Shown one piece after another: positions 16,283 through 30,661 of a stretch of DNA of 64,000 bases. The notes under the pieces were generated by a model. It did no database searches. It was not told the DNA's origin and worked only from the letters and a program-made list of their open reading frames with translations. This DNA is from Lama glama (Eukaryota). The DNA lies in NCBI GenBank assembly GCA_028534125.1, contig CM052816.1, positions 34,102,001-34,166,000 of the forward strand. The letters run 5' to 3'. The first letter of the stretch is position 1; each line of letters begins with the position of its first letter. Made by a program: the position numbers and the translations under genes.

Positions 16283-18161
16283 CCAAAAATAAGCTCTTAC
16301 TTTTATGGTCAAATGATTTTTGACAAGGGTATCAACACAATTCAGTGGAGAAAGAATAATCTTTTTAACAAATGATGTTGGATCTACTAGATATCTATAT
16401 GCAAAAAGCAAGCAAGCAAAATTACACTCCCACCAGATACCGTATAGAGAAATTAACTCAAAATGGATCACAGACCTAAGTGGAAGAGTTAAAACTATAA
16501 AAATTTTTAGGAAAAAACATAAATGTAAACTTTGTGATTTTGGATTTAAAAAAAGCTTTCTTAGATAAGACACTAAAATCACAAGCAACAAAATTAAAAA
16601 CAGGTAAGTTCAACTTAAAAAAAACCAACACCTTTTGTGCTTCAAAGAACACCATCAAGAAAGTGAAAAGACAGCCCAAGAAGTGGGAGAAAATATTTGC
16701 ATATCATATACCTGATAAGACACTTTTATTCAGAGTTTATAATTTTGACAACCCCCACATAAAAAGATAAATAATCCAAATTTAAAATGGGCAAAGAATT
16801 TAATAGTTGTTTCTCCCAAAAAAATATACAAATGTCCAATAAGCACATGAAAAGATGCTCAAAACTGCACCCCAACGTTCATAGCAGAATTATTTACAAC
16901 TGCTAAGATATGGGAGCAACCTAAGCGTCCACCAAAAGATGAATGGCTAAAGAAGATGTGATATACACACGTGCATACATGCTCACAAGCACACACACAG
17001 TGGAATACTATTTGGTCATAAAAAAGAACGAAATTTTGCCATTTGCAACAACATGGATGGACTTGGAGGGTATTTATCCTAAGTGAAGCAAGTCAGACAG
17101 AGAAAGACAAATATTGTATGATATCACCTATATGTGGAATCTAAAAAAATAAAATAAACCAGTGGATATAACAAAAAAGAAAGGGACTTATAGAATGGGA
17201 AGGCAGGAAAGGGCAAGATAGGAGTAGAGGATTAAGAGGTATAAACTACTATGCATAAATAAATAAGCTACAAGGATATATTGTACAACACAGAGAATAT
17301 AGCCAATATTTTATAACTATAAATGGAGTACAACCTTTAAAAATTGTGAATCACTATGTTGTACACCTGTAACTTATATAATATTGTACATCAACTATAC
17401 TTCAGTAAAAATGCTCAGAATCATTAGTCATTAGGGAAATGCAAATCAAAACTGCAATGAGATGCCTCTTCATACCCACCAGTAACTAGTGTGACCAGAA
17501 TTAAGAAGATAAACAATAAATATATTGATGAGGATGTGAAGAAATTGAAACCCTTATGTATTATTGGTTGAAATAGCAAATGGGGTACAGTTACTTTAGA
17601 AAATGGTTTGGCATTTTCTGCAAAATTTAAACACAGAATTAGATGACCCAGAATCCCATTTCTAGATATATACCTAAGAAAATGTCCATAAAAAAACTTG
17701 TACACAAATGTTCATATTATCCAGAATATCCAAAAAATGGAAACAACCTAAATGTCCATCAACTGAAAAATGGATAAACAAAATGTGATATAGGGACTAT
17801 AATCTGGTCATATGAAAGAAATGAAGTACTGATATCTGCTACAATATGGATAAACTTTGAAAATATAGTATATGACAGAAGCCAGACACAGAAGGCCCAA
17901 ATTTTATGATTAAATTTATATAGTGTCCAGAATTCAGTCAGAAAGTATATTAGTGGTTGCCAGGGACTGGGGGTAAGACAACTGGGGAGAGACTGCTAAC
18001 GGGTATGGAACTTCTTTGGAGGATGATGAAAACGTTCTAGAATTAGATAGTAGTGATGATTTACACAACTCTGTGAATATACTAAAAACCACTGAACTGT
18101 ACATTTTTAAAGAATAGATTTCCTTGTGTGTGCATTATGTATCAACAAAGTTGTTACTAAA
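16283..18161 (+). mobile_element. Old L1M (L1MB/MC-like) ORF2 3' part + 3'UTR, interrupted at 16865-17406
   Basis: ORF2-like INSKWITDL, TIKKVKRQPKKWEKIFA; L1M 3'UTR gatgatgaaaacgttctagaattagatagtagtgatg. Confidence 0.9.
16865..17406 (+). mobile_element. Younger 5'-truncated L1 3' end nested in the older L1
   Basis: Host phrase aaaagatgctcaacatcattagtc is split and duplicated: aaaagatgctcaaaa (16850-16864) / aaaaatgctcagaa (17407-17420). Confidence 0.88.
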
Positions 18162-21079
18162 GCAAAACAACAACAAATACCAAAACCAAAATACAAGATG
18201 ATAGGGTTCTTTTATTTTTTTTAATTCATTTGCTTATTTTTAAATAGTAAATTCATAGGAGGAAAACAAAACTGTTCAGATAGAGCTCTGAGAATTTGGA
18301 AAGAAACTGTCTAGATAAATGATAAGCTGCTGATCAGAATTTTTTCCTTTTCTACCAGAGAAGCCACATGAACGAATTAAATTTCCTGGAGAAACTGCAA
18401 GGTAATTCTGAAGGAAAGGAGGATTCAAGCTCTGCAGTCACCCTGTACAACTACGACTGATCTGAGCAAACCTGGCTTCAAATCCCACCACTGCCATTTA
18501 GTCCATACAGGCACAAGGAAGGTGTGGTCCAACAACCTGACTTCTCCTAAGGGGTGCACCAGGGAGCCTGACATGGCTGTGGCATCCTCTTCACGTCCAC
18601 AACCTGGGTGGCCAGCAGACAAGTGACCCCCCTTCTCCCTCAGCACTCCATGCCTATTCTTTGCAGAATATAAACTCCATCAAAAGGGGAAAAGCTTCTT
18701 ACGAGAGAAATATGTAGGAACTGCTTCTGTTCTTGCCTCCCTATCAGCAGCTCTCTTAATGGATGTACCTTGTGCCATACTGTGGAAAACATGTGCTTTC
18801 TCTTTTTCAATTAAAATTGATCAGCATGACTAATACTAAAGAGCCTGGTGTTTTAAATCCACTAAGGATTAGCATTTGGGCCATGTAGGAGGCTGAAACA
18901 CAACCATAGAAGCTCTCACACAGAACTGCCCTAGATACTACAGGAAAAGCTCCAGGAAGTGCAGTGCAGGGAACTCAGGGAAGAAACCAATCCACTTCTG
19001 TATCTTTGCATGTTTCTTGCTGCTCCCTGTGATAGGCTGGTCTTAGCTAGAGGACAAGCTATTCTCTCTGAATCTCAGGCTGACAAGACATCAATCCAGA
19101 AAGGAAGTACAATCCATTACTGTACTTGCTGTAATGGCTTAGACACTGGGGGAGGGGACAGTGACAGATGTTCATAAATAGGAAATGAAAATTTCCCTTT
19201 CGTTTTCTTATGTCAAACATATTAGAAGAAATTTTGCCTTTCCAGCTCCTAGCCATCCCTCTCCAAGGTAAGACTGATGCACTCACTTTTCGCTTTTGCT
19301 GAGGTTGTGAGTCAGGAGTGAGAGTCACTATTCTGGCTTATGGTCTCTTTTAGTTTAACTTCCCATGAACTGCAAGACAACAGAAACACATCTACACATC
19401 ACCATATGTTTAAGGAAACTGGGCATTAAGGCACTGAGGAAGAGGGTGTTTCGTTTAGTTGATAACTACACAAAGAAATGCATGGTACAGGCTTAGAAAA
19501 TCCTCATTCCCTTAAATAATGAATTGGAAATAACTCTTCTAGGCTGTATACTTAATCTAGAATGGAGGCTAGCCAACTACGGATACTTTACGAGATTGTA
19601 TCTTAAGCATATTAACTTCTTAACACCCAAACATGAATATATATATGATCAAAGTTTCTAAGAAATTCACTCTTCTTAAATCTTTGGTTTGTGCAGTAAC
19701 TATGTGTCATCACAGTGTGTTAGTGTTAATTTTATAGGCTGAATTTCTAATACACTGGAAGATGCAATTGTGGTGGTTATATTTCATGTATTTTTAGCTG
19801 TATATATGAAAATTGCTGGTGTGGGAGGATTTTTAAAAAACTTATGCGTAGATGGAAGTATTTGGTGAAAGGACTATTTTCAAATGATGGGCTTAGGTAA
19901 ATGAAGGAAGAGACAGTCTTCCTAACTGTTTTCCAAGCTAGTTTCAGCCTCCCTCTCTACAAAAGCAACCGTAAGACACAAGTACAAACTCTGCAATTAC
20001 GAATGACTAATGGGTCCTGTCCCTCCCTGACTGAGTGTAGCCCATGTCAGGGCCTGCGAGCACAGAAAGGTAAGTTGGCTGTGGGCTCCATTCAAGTTAC
20101 TAGAAGCATCTCAGCTGATCTTCCACCATATCCTCAAAGTAACCTTTCCTGTGACTCACATTTGAAACAACTTATGAAAACTGTTCCATATGTCAAACTT
20201 CATTTCATTCACTTTTCTCCTGGTTGAAAATTGACACTGAAGATGTTTTGTCTTTCAGAGCATTTTCCTTTGGGAGCCAAAGGCCTGATGATGTATAATC
20301 CTTCCTGAAGGCTTTATGGCAGGGCTTCACAAAGCAAACGTTTTTTCCCCTTATTTTATATCACCCTGACAAACAGAAATGCTGAGCCATTTAATTACAG
20401 AGCCTGCCTGACACATCCAGAGAGTCAAATATTCTGGCGGCATCTAGCTGAAGGGGAAAAATGCACTGAATTCCCAGAGTTACTTGTCAAGACAATGACA
20501 CCAAGGACACTAGTAAATAATCTGGCTGGCCCAGCAATGGATGCTACGGTGTGCCAGAGTGGTCCCTGTGGCTCTGTATCAGCACCATTAGCCCTGCAGC
20601 ATCTTATCCCACAATGGTGATACTCTGAGCTTCAGGCTGAGCAGCCAGGAGATAGTGGGCAAAGATCAAGTCACAGGCCCATAGGTCATGAGCTGATCTG
20701 GGCTTTACAGAAACTTCCAGATCAAGAGTTTGTACTCTTAATTCCCAAACTAACTCACAGAAAGAGCCTGCACAGATGTAACTGAACATTCCTTCCTCAA
20801 ACTCCAAGGTGTGACAGACAGTCCCCCGGGCACGCATGAGTACACTATTATATCCTGTAGCATTTCAAAGCTCCAACACATAATCAAAATGTGTCAAGTT
20901 ACCTTTATTTAGTGCCCTTTCTTCCCTTTAGAACCGTTAATCCCTGTGATAATTTCCAGTCCATTTTATAGCAATAACTAACATAGGAAAGTCACTCTCT
21001 TGACTAGCTTTTGTTTGCATACTTTACAGTTTTCTCTTTCTTTTGTGAACCATACAGTAAAAAGAAAAAGAAAAAACAA

Positions 21080-21560
21080 GTACACTTACTATGAGGCAGG
21101 CACTAATCTAAGCACTGAAACTGAGCAGTGGAAAAGACAGACAAGGCCACTACCTTTAAGGAAATTACATTCATGTTGAGGGTTGGGAAACAGAAAATAA
21201 ATGTGTAAAAAGATTATTGTGGGGTTGTAAATGTTCTGAATGAAACAGTTAACAGAATGATACAGAATAGTTACAGTGGTGGGGGATTTTCTCAGGATGG
21301 CAGGGAAGAAAACTTTGAAGTGATGATTTTTGACTTGAGATGTAAAGGATGAAAATGATGAAGGGAGGCAACCATGAAATATTTGGGTGAAGAATGTTGC
21401 AGGAAAAAAGGAATAACATGTGCAAATGCCCTAAGACAGAAATCAGGGGAGATGAGCCTTTGGGAAATAAAGGTCAGTGTGGCCAGAAAGTAACGAATGA
21501 AGAGTAGAGTGGACAGAGATGATATGGGGAGGTTTTCAGAGGTCAAATCATGGATTGTAG
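21080..21560 (-). mobile_element. L2 fragment
   Basis: cacttactatgaggcaggcactaatctaagcactg...aagacagacaagg...ttgacttgagatgtaaaggatg...gcaggaaaaaaggaataacatgtgcaaatgccct. Confidence 0.8.
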
Positions 21561-21569
21561 GCACATATT

Positions 21570-23451
21570 TTGAAAAGGAAGAACTAAAACTGTCTTTATT
21601 AGCAAGGAACATGATCCTTATGCATAATACTCTAAAGAATTCACTCCAAATCCACTAGAGCTCATTACCAAATTTAAGAAGATAATTAAGACACAACATC
21701 AGTGCATATTACATTTCTGTAAACAGGAAAGAAAAATCCAAAAGGCCAATCAAGAAAATTACATTCAAAATAACATCAAAAGGATTTAATTTAGGAAAAT
21801 ATCTAACAAAAAAAATGTAAAACCTGTACACTGAAAACTATAAAATATTGCTCAGAGAAAATTGTAAAGATTTATATAAACTGAGAGACACACCATATTA
21901 GAGAACAGGAAGACCAGAAATTTTTTAAAATGACAATTCTCCCTAAATTGAGCTATAATTCAATTCAATCTCTATAAAAATCCCATCAGGCTTTCTTATA
22001 AAAAATAACAAGCTGGTCTTAAAATTTATATGGAAATGCAAAAGACCTGTAATAGCCAAAATTATTTTCAAAAATAACAATTTTGAAGGATATACTACCT
22101 GATTTCAGGTAGTGGTGGCATCAGAACATTTACATCTGTCTGAAAAGGCATCAAGTGTTCAGAAATATATCATTATATTTGTGAATAATTTATTTTTGAC
22201 CAAGAATAATTTATTTTTGACCAAATTCAATGGGAAAAGAACTGTATTTTCAGAAAACTGCAGAACAACTGGATATCCATATTTTTTTAAAAAAGAATTT
22301 AAGTCCTAATCTCACACAACACATAAAAGTAAGCTCAAAGTGGATCACAGACGTAAGTATAAAATCTGAAACTATACATTTTTTAGAATAAAATATTAGA
22401 GAAGATATTTGTGAGTTTAAGTTAGACAAATATTCTTAGTTATGACACTAAATATAAATCATAAAAGAAAATATTGATAAATTAGACATTATTAAAAAAA
22501 AAAACACAGGCACTACAAAACACACCTTAAGAAAATGAAAAGGCAAGCCACAGAATGGGAGAAAATGTTTTTAAATCACATATCTAATAAATGTCTCATA
22601 TAAATAAATAAAGAGCTCTTATAACTCAATCAGTTTTAAAGTGGGAAAAATTTATATTACTAATGGACAATAATCACATGAAAAGTTTCTCAGCACTTTT
22701 AGACATCAGGGAAGTAAAAATTACAGCCACAGTGATACAATACTATACACTCACTAGAGTGTCCATAAGAAAGACAGACGATCACAAGCACTGGGGGAGC
22801 ATGTGGAGAAACCAGAAGATTCATCCACTGCTGGTGGAAATGCAAATTAGTACGGCCGCTTTGGAAAACATGTAGGCAGTTTTTTAAATCGTTAAACATA
22901 CATTTACCATGTGATCCAGTAATTTCACTTCTAAGTATTTACCCAAGAGAAATAAAAACATATGCCCACACCAAGATTTGTTCAACGTTTATAGCAGCGT
23001 TTTTTCCCTAATAACTCAAAAATGGAAACAATCCAAATACCCACGAACTGATGAATGGATAAACAAAATGTAGTATATCCAAACAATGGATTACTATTTA
23101 GCAAACTGTCAAATTACTAATTTATGCAACAACATGAACATGCCTCAAAAACACTATGTTAAATGAAAGAAGCCATATACAAAGGACTACATATTGTGTG
23201 ATTCCACTTACATGAAATTTCTAAAAAAGACCCATCTACAAATATAGAATTTTCTGGGGTTGTGGGTAGGAGCAGAGACTGACTAAAAACATCCATGAGA
23301 GAACATTTTAGGATAACACAAATGTTCTAGAATAGGATCGTGGTGATAGTTTTACAGCTACGTAAACTTTCTAAGGCTTGTCTAACTACATATTCGTAAT
23401 GGGCAAATTTAGTGACACGTCAATTACACCTCTATGAAGCTGTTTTAAAAA
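21570..23451 (+). mobile_element. Old L1M (L1MC/MD/ME-like) RT-to-3'UTR fragment
   Basis: aaactgtctttattagcaaggaacatgatc (decayed LSLFADDMI), MKRQATEWEK-like at ~22535, L1M 3'UTR ending aagctgttttaaaa. Confidence 0.9.
22183..22224. repeat. Perfect 21-bp tandem duplication
   Basis: gaataatttatttttgaccaa twice. Confidence 0.95.
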
Positions 23452-23694
23452 TCACAATGGTATTACCTAAAGTTATAATTATAACCTAACTGTTAAGCAT
23501 TAATTAAATTATTTTTCACCAATTTTAGTTTCATTTTCCAAGATTGAATCCCAATTAAACATTTTGTCCCTGTTCCTGTGATGCTGATGCCCTTACTACA
23601 CACGGTCTCACCTTGAGTGGCCTTTTTCGGCCACCAACTATCCTCAAATAATGAAGAAGTTTTATATACATATCTTACTTCATGATGTGTTATA

Positions 23695-24120
23695 TCCATT
23701 AGGAATAGTTTAACATACGAGTAACATGAAACCCCATTTTCAGCACTGTAAGATTGGGTGGGGTTTTTTTTGTTGCTTTGTTTGTTTCGTTCAACAGGAA
23801 GCCTGGAGGTCAGTGGCTGCTAGTAGGTTCAGTGGCTCAATATCAAACCAGATGGTTACCTCAGCTTCAGGCACCATCATGTAAGTGTTTAAAACAGCAA
23901 TAAGAGGGGAGCGAGAAACACAAGAAGGAAAGGAAAACTTCCCCAGGTAACTCCACCAAACTTCTGGTTACATTTCATTAATCAGAATTGGATAACTTGA
24001 CCACCTCTGGCTATGGAGGAGGCTGAGGAGGAGATATAGTTTCCCAGAATATGATGAAGATGCAAATGGAGGAGAAGATTCTCAATGCGTCAGCCTAGGC
24101 AATAAACAGTGACTATCACT
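23695..24120 (-). mobile_element. Old MaLR LTR (MLT1K/L-like)
   Basis: aacaggaagcctggaggtcagtggc...catttcattaatcagaattggataacttgaccacctctggctatggaggaggctgagg. Confidence 0.55.
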
Positions 24121-24321
24121 TGCAAGTAATGTCATTTGGAGAACATCAGAATAGGGGCTAACTGGATGAGGATCAGCTTCCAGGATACAGGATGCTACGG
24201 TAACTCCTGTAAGAAATGAAATGGGAGCAAAAATGCAAAAAGACCTCCCCTCTGTATCATCTCTGCCTTCAGAAATAGGACTACACAAGGAAACCAATGA
24301 CATAATGTTAGTATAACAGTA

Positions 24322-24455
24322 TAATTTTATATATGAGGACTCCGTAGCCCAGAAAGTGACCTGATTTACCTAAAACGACCCACAAAAACTAGCACAGCAT
24401 GAAGACCCACTCGGCGTCTTGAATCCCAGTTTGGTGCTCTTACTGTCACACTACA
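24322..24455 (-). mobile_element. MIR fragment
   Basis: ttttatatatgaggactccgtagcccagaaagtgacctgatttacctaa core-like block. Confidence 0.55.
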
Positions 24456-26610
24456 GTAACTCTGTTCCTTGTTAATCTCTGTCTTTATCTTACCTTTTAC
24501 ACCTAGACTATAAGGGCTCTTTTCTCCTTTTTCACTCTCCTAGTCGCACTCACAGTTTTGAGCACAAATATCCTCAGCAAATATTTAGCTGAGTCATCAC
24601 ATCACTGCGATAACAAGAACCCTCGGCTGTTTAATGAAATGTATGACAGGAAGGTATCACAGCTATGTTCAACGTTTATATGGAAATTTCCCATGATCTA
24701 CTGGATGGTGTTTGCCAAGAAATTCAGTTCCTGAGGATCCACCTTAAAGAGCTTGCTCACTATTCCTGGCTGGATTTATTTATAAGTGCCCCTTTTTTTC
24801 TTTTTTTTCTTTGAGTCCTCAGAGGGATTGCTGAGATCCCTGGAAGCCTCCTGGTAATTGCAGGTGTAGGGATCTCCTTCAGGAAACTCATTTGCAGAGC
24901 ATTTTCTGTTTCTGACCTAACTTGCTCTTCTTATTCAGGGCAGCCTGAAGTTCAGAGCAAAGCAGCCACTCTATTTTTGTGCAACGAAGATGAGTAGATC
25001 AGTCAGGCAAGTTAGCCTACATAAAATAAAATGCCTTCATCTTTTTAATCCCTGTGGTCTTGATACAGCCATGCTACCCAGCACCTGGAACTGAAGACTG
25101 TTTCGGTCAAATGATAGAATACAGCCTTGGAATTTTGGAAGGAAAGAATGATCAATGACAACCAAGGCCTGTGAGCCTGGTTTGAAGGAGTGTTTACACT
25201 TGGAAGAACACCGCAGCAGTGCTTATGTTTGCCGACAGGACTTTAACCAGCTAGCAGGTCTATCGCAGCAATGTAGTGAGAGAAATCAGATGGGTAAGGT
25301 AGAGCCACAGAATAAACATTTCACAGCCAAGCCAGGCATGTGAAACACTGCAAGTCAAACGATCCTCCTATCTTTGTTTCAGAAATCATCCACATCACCT
25401 CTCAATGAAATACTTCCTTATAATAGCAATAATTTCATATGATTCATGAGATAATTACTCAAATCTCCTTAGTGATGAAAACAATGTAACTGGGATAAAT
25501 TCAGAAACACTTGAGAGGCACCAATATCCCATACCAATCATGCAGTGGACTTTATTTCTGTAAAGAATCACCACACCGTAATTATATCACATCATTAATA
25601 TCAACATTAAAAATATCATCTCCAAACTGAAGAGAAAAATACAAAGAGAGATCAGGCTTATGGAAGCAGACGACAAATTGCTATCTCAAAATAACAATCC
25701 ACATTTGTATCTGAATACTACCCAAATCACTGGCATCATCAGTTATACCGAGGAAACTAAATATTCAGTGTATCCCCACTAGCTGAGCACATTCTTAAAA
25801 GAGCATCAGACTTAAAATAAAAAAGATGTACTGTACAGAGATGACACACAGAACCTTTCTGAAGGTCGTGACTAGGGCTGCTTTAATTCGGGGGTGATGA
25901 AATACTTCTTGAACTTATTGTTTTCCACATTATGTAAATGATCCACTGGTAGAATCTTGTAATCATAATTAATAGTCATCAGTTAAGTGATAAAGTATGA
26001 ACTCTCAGCAGGCACTCTCAAGCTCAGGATATACTAAAGAAAAACCCTGTATTGGTTTTTCCCTTGGTTCAGATAATTATTCCCGGAATCATTTATTACC
26101 TCCTACTGAGTGCTCCTGGGTCACAGACAGGGTCCTTATTGGTAGCCCTGTATACTCCAGGTCTATTATCTTGAGAACCACCATTCCCCTTCTTGTCTTA
26201 ATCCTTGTGGCTTTAGGAAGCCATATTTATATTGTCAATTTTGTGTATTATTCATAAGTGCTATTGGATATTGTCACTAGTGTTTCCCTCAAACTCCTTA
26301 AACCCGAGGTAATACTAAAACAGCTAAAGTTTTGTTTACCCAGATTCCCTCTCTCTCATCCACTGGTAATAACTATCCCAAGCTACAGGGAACTTTTCTT
26401 CCTCCATTTTCTGTGGCTATGATGGAACTTCCAATTATATTTCTCCTCGCTTGGTAAAGAACATGGTAGGACACTGGTAGAATTATTTCCCAGTATTTTA
26501 TATCTAGTATTAGAAGGAAGATGTTTGTTCTCTCTTTTCCACTGGATCATGAACCATAAATATGTGTTACCGGAGCTGGGACAGCCTGACTAGACCAATT
26601 TTGGGCCATA

Positions 26611-27050
26611 TCAAGTGTTTAGGATGACATGGAGCAACTGAAACTTTTATGCTGGTGGTAAATGGTACAACCGCTTTGGAAAGTATTTTTCAGTTTCTTA
26701 AGTTAAACATACCCCTACAGTATAACTCAGGCATTCCACTCCTGGGTATTTGCCAAGAGAAATAAAAGTATATGTGAACACAAAAATCTGTACACAAATA
26801 TTCATATGATCTTTATTTGTAATAACCCAAAACCAGAAACAATCCAAATGTCTATACAATGGTGAATGGACAGATTGTGACACACACACACACACACATA
26901 CACACTGAACTACTACACAGCAATAAAAAGACCTATTAATATATAAATGAATAAATCTGAAATAATTGTGCCGAGTGAAAGAATTCACGTATAAAACAGT
27001 GCATAGTGTATGACTACATTTTCACACAATTCTAGAAAATTCAAATTATA
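26611..27050 (+). mobile_element. Old L1M (L1ME-like) 3' fragment with internal (CA)n
   Basis: tgctggtggtaaatggtacaaccgctttggaaag...gcattccactcctgggtatttgccaagagaaataaaa. Confidence 0.85.
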
Positions 27051-27829
27051 CATTCTATACTTTACAAATGAATAGCCAAACTTTGCCCATGATGAAAGTC
27101 AAAATATGCTGGAGAAATACATATTTAGATAGTTGTGAAAGTGACCAGATAAGAAAGGTTGATGAGAGTAGAGTTGCATCATTCATTTGAATGGGAAGCA
27201 AAGGGGCTTGAGCACTCAATTCCCTCTAGAGAGTGGCAGGAATACTTGATAACATACCTTAAAAGCAATGGAGTAGGGACAAAGGCACTGCAAGGTATGT
27301 ATTAGGATTAAAGTCTTTTTTGAGGAAGTTAGTCACTGCAAGCTGACTGATGTAATCTCTAGTTCCCTAATGGAAGGTAGGAAGCAGGGAGCCCACACAC
27401 ATGGGGACAGCCAAGCAGGGGGAATGCTGCAAGTTTTGAGAATTCTCTGGTTTAAGAATCTAGGTTTGTTCATGTACCTTTGCTAATAAGTGAGCATTTA
27501 ATCACTTGCTGTGAACTGTAAGTAATTTCTCTTAGAAGAACAACAAAAATCACAGGGACATCTCGGAGAGACCAAGCAATGACATTTGTTTGGTGGTGCC
27601 TATTGATTCAGCTTCTCATTATGCAAGTTGCATAGGAGAAACTTTTTTCTAAGACAAATACTCAGAAAAGTTGCATTAACTCACTCCAGTTTCCAGAACA
27701 CCAAGCAGAATACTTACAGGCTAATGAAAATACTTGAGGAAATAGTGGGCTTGGGGTCTTAAAAAAGTTTCCAGATATGGGACAAATGCCACATAAGAGA
27801 AGATGTTAAACACTTTGGGAAGACAATCT

Positions 27830-28520
27830 GTTCACTACCACCTCTGCAACATCCCAAATCTATTCATTCGCTTCACTGTTCAAGCCCCTTCAGCTCTTAA
27901 CTGGATGAGGGGCAAGCAGTTACCCTGATTTCACTTCTGTCCACCAGCTTCCCTTTGCCACAGAGAAACCAGAGAGCATTTCCCTGCTTACAACATTCAA
28001 GTGGCTTCTCAATACACTGGGAAGAAAATCAAATTTCTTATCAGGACTTACGACGCTCTGAATCAGCAGACCCTCCTTAACTCCCCACCTCAGCCCTCAC
28101 CATTCACCCCATGCTAACTCTACTTCAACTGCACTGGGCTTATATGCTCTCACGTGAAGGCCTTTGCACATGCTCTTCCCAGGAACTGCAACACTTTTCC
28201 TCATATTCTCAAACAGCTGATTCTTACTTACGATCAGCATTCAGCTCAAATATTTGTTCTCAAAGAAGCCTTTCCCGAGCACACTGTGTATGGGATCCTC
28301 TGTCACGTGACTGTGTTATTGTCATCATAGCATCTATCGCTATCTATGACTGATTTTTTTCTTTATTTGTTTGCTCATTTTTTGCCTGTTGCCTGCACTA
28401 GAATTAAACTGTTTAAGAGCAGGGATCTTGGCTCTTAATTATTGCATCTTCAGTGTCTACAACGGTGTCTGGCACACAGTGGATATTCACTAATTACATA
28501 TTTTATTAATTAATAAATGA
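27830..28520 (+). mobile_element. L2a-like 3' portion
   Basis: gcctttgcacatgctcttccc...cactagaattaaactgtttaagagcagggatc...ggtgtctggcacacagtggatattc. Confidence 0.85.
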
Positions 28521-28699
28521 AAAGCAGAAAGAACGAATCCCAGTTGCATTTATCATTGCCTGGCAGTCCACTTGATGCAGAAATAGGATTAACCTATTTG
28601 CAGCCTCCTATGAAGAATGATTGCTTGTGATCTCCAGTGTCAAACCACTAATGACACTTTATCCAAAATCAAGTATTTCAATGCATACAATTAGTCTAA

Positions 28700-28860
28700 C
28701 CTAGTACCATATTCCAGTCACTGTTCTAAGTGCTTTATATGTATCACCATATTTAATTCTTATTACAATTTTACAAAGTAGGTACTAATGTTATACTCAT
28801 TTACAGACCGAAAACCAGTTCAGTAACTTGTCCATGGTCACACAGCTGCGTAAGAGTCAG
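28700..28860 (-). mobile_element. MIR
   Basis: ccagtcactgttctaagtgctttatatgtatc...agtaacttgtccatggtcacacagct. Confidence 0.85.
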
Positions 28861-30661
28861 AACACAGCTGGTATATGCATAGCACTCAATCTGCAAACTC
28901 GTCCTTCCACCCAGGCACCAGTCATCATATTCAAGCCAGAAATTCATTTTCTGAGCCAGTGTGGCCTCCCATCTTTTAGCAGCACAGTGTTCCAGGCAGG
29001 ACCTGCCGACAGAGTGGTATTGGTATCCAGAGAAAATCTCAGCTGGTCTAATCTTAGAGATGATCTATTCCAACCTTCTTGATGTGCAGTTAAAGAAATA
29101 AATGTCCAACCAAGTTAAGTAATTTTTCTGAGGTCACGTAGTGTCAGGACTGGAACCTGATGAGTCACTCTTTACAAAGCCTTACAGGTAGTCATCAGGG
29201 GATGGGAGACATTAGAGCAAGAGTATTGATTTGGGGGTTAGAGACGGCCACACCTAATGTGACAAGATGGCTCAGATCTGATATGGTATACCGTTCACTA
29301 AAGATGCCTAGAGTCCTCCTAGTCTCTTGTTTCTAAGCAGGTCCTACTACAGATATCTCAGACTCAAGCAACTTTGTCTTGTTTTGATCTGTACATGGGA
29401 AAATAGCACCACTGGGTAAAGTATAATAATATTTACTGAACTCTACATGCCCAGCACCCTACTAGGTGGAGGGATGAGCTCAGATGAAAGCAGGTGAGAT
29501 GAAAATTGGTCCCTGCTCCCCTGCAAGGCAAAGCAGAATGGTTCTCTCCTGCCAAGCACAGAAGATAAATGCAGTGAACAGGAAGTGGGGATATTATCCT
29601 TCCAGGAACTGGTAATGGCCTTCAGACACACAGGCAGCTGTGCATAAGCTTTCCAGATGACTTGTTTAAAAACTACTTAGGGTGTATCTTCTTTTCCTCA
29701 TTTGTTCCTTTATTTGCAATTCTCCTTTTACTTTTTGGAAATCGTTAAGAGGAAGGAGCAAGTCAAAGTGGGCAGACTCTACCTGAGTTCAGTTACTGAG
29801 TCAGCAAGATGAGCATCAGTGTGTGTGGGGTGGAGCCTGCATGGTACAGAGGGCGAGGTTTGCTTTCTCCCCCCTCATATCATCTAGTGCAGCTCACTCC
29901 TACCTGCCAAGGCCCTCAGATGTGACCCCTGATGGATTCTAGGAATCGGATTTGCAACGTCTGCTGATTCTACCCTGGCAAAAGAGAATTAAGTGTCTGC
30001 TAAGGTTCCAGAGACTTAGGAACCTTTTCCTGCTTACTTGGTGCTTTATCTCCAAAAGTAACAACAGAGGAAAATTTTGGCCTAATTTACTGGAATCTTA
30101 AAAATATTTATTAGATGAATGCATATGTCCATTGTGCCTCCGTAGGAGTCCCTATTAAACCAAAGAGCCAGTGTAGTGTGTCTGTGCAGAAACCTCTGAA
30201 TTCCACAAAGGCTTCTTGCAACCAATCCCCTCTGTAGCATTTGGTCACGTCGCTGTAGAGCACTGGCTTAATATAAATCCCCATGGAAGCTGATTTCCCT
30301 ACCCTCTTACAACAGAGGGGAGTAAAATAAAGACTGAAAAAAAAATGTCACAACTATCTGACTCCACTGAGGAGGAGAGAAAACCCAGATTGCCTCATTT
30401 TTTTTTTAAACTGAGTAGACCTGTTTTTCAAATTTATAGCAAGTTGCCAAGTTTGACAGAATGGCTTTTTGCCTTATTCCTGCCAAGGTTTCTAACCCAC
30501 AGCAGCGTGAGTCACAAGACAAGCAGGAGGAGGACATAACTGATTATCATTCCCTTGTAACTTGGAAAACCAACACTTAAAGCCAGACTACTTGTGATTT
30601 TCAAGCTGAGAGCCTCATGTTGGCTGCCATCTACCCAGTGTCTTCTTAACCCTTAGATCTT

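Noticed and set aside
25450..25655. Strong minus-strand polypyrimidine acceptor near 25627
   Set aside because: All three frames close within 15 codons and no convincing donor
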